Shown here: piece by piece, positions 57,714-64,000 of the stretch
Layout: each line of letters starts with the position of its first letter
Position numbering within the stretch: the stretch's first letter is position 1
Virus record (IMG/VR): IMGVR_UViG_3300042516_004943
Coordinates: 9,822-73,821 of that record
Reading direction: 5' to 3' (one strand)
Source: a virus
DNA length: 64,000 bases
Notes under the pieces: generated by a model
Databases searched by the model: none
Told to the model about the DNA's origin: nothing
The model's input: the letters and a program-made list of their open reading frames with translations, nothing else
Made by a program: the position numbers and the translations under genes

Positions 57714-59566
57714 ACTATTATAAAAATATAAATTTTTATCCTCAAGATAATGGAGTTTCCTTTGAAACATCTTTTTCGAATTATGATAATAATTGGACTG
57801 GATGTATGGAATTTATTTCTAGCGGCCCAGATAGTTTTAAATTAAATTTTCAGAGCGGAAAAGTTATAGATGAAGATGGAAATTTTATTTCACCAATAAA
57901 TTTACCATATGCTGGTAAATCTTTAAACAATTTTAACATATATTCTGGTAATATTTTTAATAAAAGTTTTAATTTATTTTTTAATAATGATAAAATATTT
58001 TCTTCAAAAGCAGATAAGAATTATGGGGCTATAAGCGGAGTGCGATTATACTCAAACAATATATTCTGGCAATCTAACGGAGTCAGATTGAATATAGGAG
58101 CAAAAGCTTTTCCTAGATACAGTATTATATTTTCTGGCTCTGGAATATATCAAGAAAAGTTTATACCAATATCAATATCTGGGCATTCTACAAATAAATA
58201 TCCTATAAAAATAAATAAAATTAATTTAGGTAATTCAGAAAATACTCCAGCAGCTGATGTGGTTCCGTATTTATATATAAGCGGTATAGCGCCATCTTAC
58301 GAACAACCGCTGGTTATTTCACCAGGACAAAAATATGATTTTAATTTAGTAAAAATAGATCCTACAAGAAATTTACAAGGCGTTATTCCAGTGTACTTGG
58401 CAACCGATTTTGGAGGATATCTAGAAAGATTGCAATATGAAGACTATTTAAGAACTGTATACCCACAGTCTTCGAGACTGGATGTTAACTTAAATTATAC
58501 GCCAATTACAATCACTAATCCGTCATCAGAATTTGTTGCGTCATTGCTTTTATCGGTGTACAATAGTACTAATTTATTTTCTGGAATAACAATTTATGTT
58601 TCTGGTGGCGATGGTAATGACAGGTGCGATTCTAATGTGTGCGATAGCTTTTATCCATATTGGAGATTTGCAACTATAACATCTGGAAATAACGAAGGGA
58701 TTCCTGGATTGTGGCTATATAAAAATACAGATATACCAGTTATAACAAACTTTGCATCAAATAATTATCAAAGATTTGATTCTGATATATATTCCGCTAT
58801 CTATACGGGAGGATATACTGGTGGAAATCAATATGTTTCTAATATTGAAATATCTAAAAATATTTACACTCCACAATTTCCTCCATTTAATTCTTTAACT
58901 GGGTTTGGATTATTGTTATATAATTCAGAGGTAGCTACTGGAGCAAATATTAATTTAAAAATTTTTGAAGGCAACAATTGGAATACTGTATCGGGATACA
59001 ATACTGGCAATAATGGATTAATAACTCCAAATAAAAGCAAGCTATTATATTCAGAAGATTTTTCTTTACAGCTTACTACTGGTGCTAAGTATTACCCAAT
59101 TAAAATGACTGGGTCTTTAAATTTTAGCGGACAAAAATTCTATTCTTTTGTCTTTAGTGCATATACTGAATCAGGAAAAATATATTGGCCAAAAATAATG
59201 AATGAAAATTCAAGCACTGCTGGAATAAATTATTTTTCTTTAATTGGGTACGCAAATTCTGGCACTCAAATTTCTTATAATACTGGTGCTGTAACTGGGT
59301 CTTACAATAGCTATACTGGGATTAATTATAATCACGCATTTGAAATAAATCCAGCATCGACCAAATTAAATACTATATTTTCTTCGATAAGTGGGGCTCA
59401 AAATACGCCAAGCCAATACTTTCAAATAAATATTGGTAAAGTTTTATTAAATTCTAATTTTACTGGATCTGCTAAATATTTAATTACAGGGCACGATATT
59501 TATTTTACTGGCACTGTTGGATTGGGGCAAGATATATTCAGACAACCTTATGGATTTTATTATTAA
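57710..59566 (+). CDS. SG/TG-rich tail protein
   Basis: 618-aa beta-rich ORF in the tail-tip cluster. Confidence 0.55.
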   Translation: MNYYKNINFYPQDNGVSFETSFSNYDNNWTGCMEFISSGPDSFKLNFQSGKVIDEDGNFISPINLPYAGKSLNNFNIYSGNIFNKSFNLFFNNDKIFSSKADKNYGAISGVRLYSNNIFWQSNGVRLNIGAKAFPRYSIIFSGSGIYQEKFIPISISGHSTNKYPIKINKINLGNSENTPAADVVPYLYISGIAPSYEQPLVISPGQKYDFNLVKIDPTRNLQGVIPVYLATDFGGYLERLQYEDYLRTVYPQSSRLDVNLNYTPITITNPSSEFVASLLLSVYNSTNLFSGITIYVSGGDGNDRCDSNVCDSFYPYWRFATITSGNNEGIPGLWLYKNTDIPVITNFASNNYQRFDSDIYSAIYTGGYTGGNQYVSNIEISKNIYTPQFPPFNSLTGFGLLLYNSEVATGANINLKIFEGNNWNTVSGYNTGNNGLITPNKSKLLYSEDFSLQLTTGAKYYPIKMTGSLNFSGQKFYSFVFSAYTESGKIYWPKIMNENSSTAGINYFSLIGYANSGTQISYNTGAVTGSYNSYTGINYNHAFEINPASTKLNTIFSSISGAQNTPSQYFQINIGKVLLNSNFTGSAKYLITGHDIYFTGTVGLGQDIFRQPYGFYY

Positions 59567-59568
59567 TT

Positions 59569-60165
59569 ATGGCTAATCAAGTAACAGCTAGGTATTCGAA
59601 AAAAGCATCAGATCTTTCATCAAGATCTATGAAAAAACCACCGCCTTATATCTCAAGAGGATCTTTTGGCGTTATATATGGTTGTGATGGTTTACGCATC
59701 CAGCCAGAATCATACGTACAAATTGGGCCTGATGGGATGGGTACAGCTGTAAAAATAGGTGGTCAATTAAGCTATGGGTTTTCAAGCAGCGATGATTTAT
59801 TTGTCTATTTAGATGTATCACTAGACGGCGGATCTATTAGTGCAGCAACTGTAAATGGAGGAACTTCATGGTGGAGTTCTTATCCACAATCTAGGGTTTT
59901 TGCAGGCCCAAGAAAGCCAGAAAATCAAACAAATTATTATTTCCCAATAGCATATGCTGGCGGAACTTATTCTGATCGCGGACAGATAATTACTACGTGT
60001 GTAGGCGGCTCAAATGCTGCAATTTGTATTGAAAGATTTATGCGCGGCGATATTGTTTTATATTATGGATGTGATGGATTCATTGCTCAAGCGGCTGCGT
60101 CTAATAGGGCTGGAACCTCTTCATTCAGTGGGCCTAATGCTACAGTTACGCCATCTGGACCATAA
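59569..60165 (+). CDS. tail-tip protein, paralog of 60185..61411
   Basis: VTARYSKK..PYISRGSFG..S.VQ..VYLDVS..WW..YP..QT matches the next gene. Confidence 0.6.
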   Translation: MANQVTARYSKKASDLSSRSMKKPPPYISRGSFGVIYGCDGLRIQPESYVQIGPDGMGTAVKIGGQLSYGFSSSDDLFVYLDVSLDGGSISAATVNGGTSWWSSYPQSRVFAGPRKPENQTNYYFPIAYAGGTYSDRGQIITTCVGGSNAAICIERFMRGDIVLYYGCDGFIAQAAASNRAGTSSFSGPNATVTPSGP

Positions 60166-60184
60166 ATAGTTATACTTTATTTAT

Positions 60185-61411
60185 ATGAGTAAAGAGGTAA
60201 CTGCAATATATGCTAAAAAGTCTACTGACTATGCTGGTAAGACTGTTTTTAAAGTTACTACGCCATATTTATCTAAGGGTGGGTTTGGGCTGTATGTGGT
60301 TGGGCCAGAGCCTACAGTTTATGTACATTCTTGTTCAAAAGTTCAGCTTTCTGCTGATATGGAAGACGCAGAATATGTTGGTGGTTCATGGGGTTGTGCT
60401 GGTGGAATAAAAATATATTTACATCTTTCATTTGCTGAAGGTTTTTTAATTGGAGCAAATTTAGTGGGAAGCAATGATTGGTGGGATGGCTATCCAAACA
60501 CAAGCGATTACAGAAGTAAACCGCCTGATTTGCCAGCAAACTTTCGTGATCCTCGCGCAAAAGCTGAATATTTAGCAGCAAATCCAGATGCAAAAGATTA
60601 TCCAAACTACAAAACACAAACAGACTTATGGGCTGCTATTGGGGAAGTTTCTACAACCCCAGATGAAGGATCTTTATGTTATTTTATACCAAGTGTTAGC
60701 GGAAATAAATTCTTTTTTGTAAACAGAAGAGTTTGGTCAGATTTGTTGTTATCTGTTGAATGTACAGGTTTTCAATTAACACCAGCTGCGGCAGATACTC
60801 CATGCGTTGGTAGTGGTGGTGGTGGTGTCGGAGATGGTGAAGGTGAAGGAGGGGGCGGTGGGGGAGGAGAAGGTGATGGTCTAAGCGATAGTGAAATACA
60901 GGCGGCCCTTTTAGCTGTTGGTAGTACTGGAATAGACCTATCACAATTTGGAGGAGGAAGAATTGATCCTGGTAATCCAGGATTTGGCGCAGATATATTA
61001 CCATCACAAAGAGAACCTTCTACCGGCAGTCCTAGCACAGGAGCCCCAACAAATACAGAGCCAGAAACTTCTACTCAAGTTGATTCATTTTCTGATAATT
61101 TAAGTGAAAGCATTCAATTGCCAGTAAATATTGGTGATGGTCAAACCACTCCAGGGTCTGCAACGCAGACTTACAGCACTAGCCAAACAGGGACATTGGC
61201 AAATGGGGCAAATTATTCAATGCAAACATCTTCAGTAAATCAAGTTAATAGCGATGGCTCAAGCAGTCAGGCTGTTGTTGGAATCTATTCTGATAGTAAT
61301 GGAAACACTTCACAATGGGGCTGGAGCCAGCAAAGTGTTGGTACTACTGGTGGCGGTAGTTCCGGCGGTAGTTCCGGCGGTAGTTCCGGCGGTAGTTCCG
61401 GAGGGCAGTAA
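60185..61411 (+). CDS. tail-tip paralog with Gly/Ser low-complexity C-terminal extension
   Basis: VTAIYAKK..PYLSKGGFG..IYLHLS..WWDGYP; poly-Gly linker; (GGSS)4 end. Confidence 0.6.
   Translation: MSKEVTAIYAKKSTDYAGKTVFKVTTPYLSKGGFGLYVVGPEPTVYVHSCSKVQLSADMEDAEYVGGSWGCAGGIKIYLHLSFAEGFLIGANLVGSNDWWDGYPNTSDYRSKPPDLPANFRDPRAKAEYLAANPDAKDYPNYKTQTDLWAAIGEVSTTPDEGSLCYFIPSVSGNKFFFVNRRVWSDLLLSVECTGFQLTPAAADTPCVGSGGGGVGDGEGEGGGGGGGEGDGLSDSEIQAALLAVGSTGIDLSQFGGGRIDPGNPGFGADILPSQREPSTGSPSTGAPTNTEPETSTQVDSFSDNLSESIQLPVNIGDGQTTPGSATQTYSTSQTGTLANGANYSMQTSSVNQVNSDGSSSQAVVGIYSDSNGNTSQWGWSQQSVGTTGGGSSGGSSGGSSGGSSGGQ
61352..61399 (+). repeat. perfect 12-bp tandem repeat x4 (GGCGGTAGTTCC, encodes GGSS)
   Basis: Four identical copies read directly from the sequence. 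Confidence 0.95.
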
Positions 61412-61435
61412 AGCGTCTTTGGTAAAATAAATAAT

Positions 61436-62209
61436 CTATTTATTTTTTCTTTTGATACGCTCGATTATTTCAAATATTCTCTTTTTTGGAATATCCGATA
61501 TTGAATTCCAGTCAGATGCCTCTTCGTCGTTTTCGGCAACTAATTTATTTTTAATAACTTCAAAGCTTAATCCAACCTCAGACATTACTTTATTTAAGAC
61601 ATTGGCTGGGTTTGTAGGCTGAGACTCTTCAATCATCTCGTTTTTCTTTTTTGGATCAATTTCGTCTTGCCCAACAATATTAATTCTTAAAAAGTTACGC
61701 ACAGCACGAATAAATGCCCTGTTTTCAGCTATAGCCATTAAAAATTTATTGCCAAATCCGCTTGTATTTTCAAAATGAGCATCTGCTAATGCCGAAAATT
61801 TAACTGGTACCATATCTGTTTCATAATTTGGTATCCAAGATATATTGCATTTAACTGCGACATAATCCTGCCTTGCTGTTATAACATCATAATTTACTTC
61901 AGTAAATCCCCTAATGCAGGCTACATCTTTAATTCCGCCTAATAATATTAATAACTGAGAGTCATCTAATTGAGTTACATCAATTGAAGAAATATCTGTA
62001 TTTGCTGTGAACTTGTCTTTATTTGGCACCAAAAATTCTGGCTTAACCATAGCTTTCCAGTTAATGCTCCCATCATCATTATATTTATAAGATAGATTTT
62101 TTAATAAACCAGTTTCGCTTCTATTAAATTTTATTTGAGAATCAATCGGCCTTTCATTTGATTCTTGATTAACTACAACAACTTCTGCTTTTTGAGAATT
62201 TTTTGGCAT
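61436..62209 (-). CDS. Rad52/Rad22-like single-strand annealing protein (putative)
   Basis: AIAENRAFIRAVRNFLRI....DEI resembles the A.AETRA..RA helix of Rad52-superfamily phage proteins. Confidence 0.5.
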   Translation of the reverse strand: MPKNSQKAEVVVVNQESNERPIDSQIKFNRSETGLLKNLSYKYNDDGSINWKAMVKPEFLVPNKDKFTANTDISSIDVTQLDDSQLLILLGGIKDVACIRGFTEVNYDVITARQDYVAVKCNISWIPNYETDMVPVKFSALADAHFENTSGFGNKFLMAIAENRAFIRAVRNFLRINIVGQDEIDPKKKNEMIEESQPTNPANVLNKVMSEVGLSFEVIKNKLVAENDEEASDWNSISDIPKKRIFEIIERIKRKNK

Positions 62210-62228
62210 AATTTATTGTATAATCTTA

Positions 62229-63440
62229 TTAAGAGTAAGTAAATAAAAATATATTATCTTTTTTTTCTAAGAGCTTTTTAAGATTTATTTTTTTATCAAT
62301 TTTTTGCTTAGCATCTTCTGATGGTAGATCATTTTTATAATGCTCTTCGCTTAAATATATCTTGCTGTTAGAGACTATCGGGGATGATGTTTTTATCCAA
62401 ATATCATCTGTTTTGCTTAGTAGACTTAATGCCTCTTCTATTTTTTCAATATCAATTTTAGAATTTATAATTCTTAAATTATAATCAATCAAATCAATTT
62501 TGATATCATTCAAATAATTTACATCATTTCCTTTATAAAAAATAATTGGTTTTATTCCTATCTCAACTAATTTTTTTACATATTCTTTTTCTATTTTTTC
62601 TTTACTTACATCAACAATATATTCTGCTATATTTGGTATAAAATTTCTTAATAATTCTGTATTTTCTATTTTTTTAGATTGACATACGTGCACATAAAAT
62701 TTACGAAAATTTAAATTTGAAAAAACAATATTTTCATTTACTTCTTCATTTAGAAGGTCAATCCTCATTGCAACTGGTACATTTTTAAATTTTTCAGGAT
62801 TCAAAACTCCGTTCGGAATAAATTCTATATGCTGTCTTTTAAAATTATCACCTATATGTATAGAGTTTATTTTTTTATCGGGTTTAATAGATAAGGTATT
62901 GTATATGCATTCAATTACTTGTTCGATTTTTATAGTGTTAACAGTTTTTGGAGATTCATTTGGATTAAATGATGGTTTTTTATCTTTATAGTCTGGCGTT
63001 AAACAGTGCACATTATCTTTTTTGTCATTAAATATTGGCCCTGCTATTTCTGGAGTTGTTATGCTATAAAGCGCTACAATTGGTATATTAGAGTGCGATG
63101 CTAAATGCACAGGAAAGCTATCATTGCCTATATGAAGCATTGAATTTTCTAAAATATAAGCAGTTTGGTGATAGTTAGTTTTGCCGTGAAGATGGATACA
63201 TCCATTGAGAGCATTATCTTCTGGTGTTCCTATTTGAATAATTTGAATATTTAATTTATTTAGTTCAGTAATAATTTCATCTACAACTTCTTGGAAATAA
63301 TCATAATTTTTTGCCCCCATTCCGCTAGAATTATGTATCGTTATATATTTTTCTGGCGTTGGGAAAAAGTTTTTTACAATAAATGGCTTGCCAATTTTGG
63401 CCCCTGTTTGCAAACTGTATGCTTCTAATAAATGCGACAT
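62229..63440 (-). CDS. glycosyltransferase family 9-like protein
   Basis: YITIH...KNYDYF...IIQIG...HIGNDSFPVHLAS..IPIVALY GT9 signature. Confidence 0.8.
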   Translation of the reverse strand: MSHLLEAYSLQTGAKIGKPFIVKNFFPTPEKYITIHNSSGMGAKNYDYFQEVVDEIITELNKLNIQIIQIGTPEDNALNGCIHLHGKTNYHQTAYILENSMLHIGNDSFPVHLASHSNIPIVALYSITTPEIAGPIFNDKKDNVHCLTPDYKDKKPSFNPNESPKTVNTIKIEQVIECIYNTLSIKPDKKINSIHIGDNFKRQHIEFIPNGVLNPEKFKNVPVAMRIDLLNEEVNENIVFSNLNFRKFYVHVCQSKKIENTELLRNFIPNIAEYIVDVSKEKIEKEYVKKLVEIGIKPIIFYKGNDVNYLNDIKIDLIDYNLRIINSKIDIEKIEEALSLLSKTDDIWIKTSSPIVSNSKIYLSEEHYKNDLPSEDAKQKIDKKINLKKLLEKKDNIFLFTYS

Positions 63441-63442
63441 AA

Positions 63443-64000
63443 TTAAATTTTATTGTTGAATTGACATATACTATATCCATTATGGGTATAATTCAATAAT
63501 CTTTGCGATGCAAAATATGGATTTAAACAAATATCAACGCATCCCTTATTATCTCCATGCCCTTCCATTGCAAGCTGATTATCCATAGACTGATGATATG
63601 GAATTAGCTTATCTATGAACTGATTTCCGGCTAGAATATCAAAAAATTTTGGATCGCAAGCAAAATAAAATTTCCATTCGTTTTTGGGAAATTTAGACCT
63701 CAATGATTCAAAAAGAGCGGTTACTAAAAATATATCTCCAGCGCTTTGAGGCTGAACGAGTAATAGTCTTTTAATATTTTTTTCTAAATCATTTTTGTCA
63801 AAAAAATCATGAATTGTAACATTTGTATTTTTATTATTTTCTTGCGCTGCTACTTGACGAAAATAATTTTCTACACTAGATCTTGACATACCACGCTCAA
63901 GTTGCATTATCCAATGCTTTACCCCTTCATCGTTTTGATCTGGGTTTCCATCTAATATTTTATTATATAAATGCATAACCCATGCAACATTGTCTTCAAT
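63443..64000 (-). CDS. glycosyltransferase-related protein, C-terminal part (start outside window)
   Basis: Frame open to the window edge (IEDNVAWVMHLY...); LLLVQPQSAGDIFLVTALFESLR...ILAGNQFIDKLI resembles a GT9 N-lobe. Confidence 0.65.
   Translation of the reverse strand: MEDNVAWVMHLYNKILDGNPDQNDEGVKHWIMQLERGMSRSSVENYFRQVAAQENNKNTNVTIHDFFDKNDLEKNIKRLLLVQPQSAGDIFLVTALFESLRSKFPKNEWKFYFACDPKFFDILAGNQFIDKLIPYHQSMDNQLAMEGHGDNKGCVDICLNPYFASQRLLNYTHNGYSICQFNNKI

Noticed and set aside
22164-61038. Short antisense and alternative-frame ORFs inside structural genes (e.g. 40418..41080, 42440..43021)
   Set aside because: Fully overlapped by long motif-bearing genes, with no independent expression signals.
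1-64000. Stop-codon reassignment, tRNA genes, DGR or retron, integrase
   Set aside because: Genes are long and contiguous in the standard code. No tRNA-like sequence, reverse transcriptase or recombinase motifs were seen by eye; no scan was run.

Overview
Part of a large tailed dsDNA phage genome (Caudoviricetes). No tail sheath gene is recognisable, so it is probably siphovirus-like; the host cannot be determined from the sequence. Four zones. (1) 1-~5.0 kb: a visibly GC-richer array of ~20 tiny minus-strand ORFs, including a GP88-like gene. It carries seven copies of a sigma70-type leaderless promoter (TTGnnn-N16-TAnnnT-N6-ATG) and three copies of an exactly 79-bp double-palindrome element built from IHF-consensus half-sites; two of these are preceded by a sigma54-like motif. 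(2) 5.4-19.7 kb: an AT-rich minus-strand block of eight paralogous virion-type genes. Three contain a ~90-110-aa Ser/Thr-Gly-rich module inserted in-frame, either in tandem or nested inside itself (Russian-doll architecture, ~14 copies). (3) 19.8-61.4 kb, plus strand: phoH, Zn-ribbon protein, sigma-like factor, ERCC4 nuclease, terminase, portal, fibres, protease/scaffold, decoration protein, major capsid, neck, tail tube, chaperones, a 2585-aa tape measure with a PD-(D/E)xK-like insert between G(H/F/Y)(V/I)PNF motifs, and tail-tip genes. Many genes in zones 2-3 are preceded by a TGTAAT motif (candidate late promoter). (4) 61.4-64 kb, minus strand: a Rad52-like annealing protein and GT9-like glycosyltransferases. 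All family assignments come from motif recognition by eye; no database searches were run.
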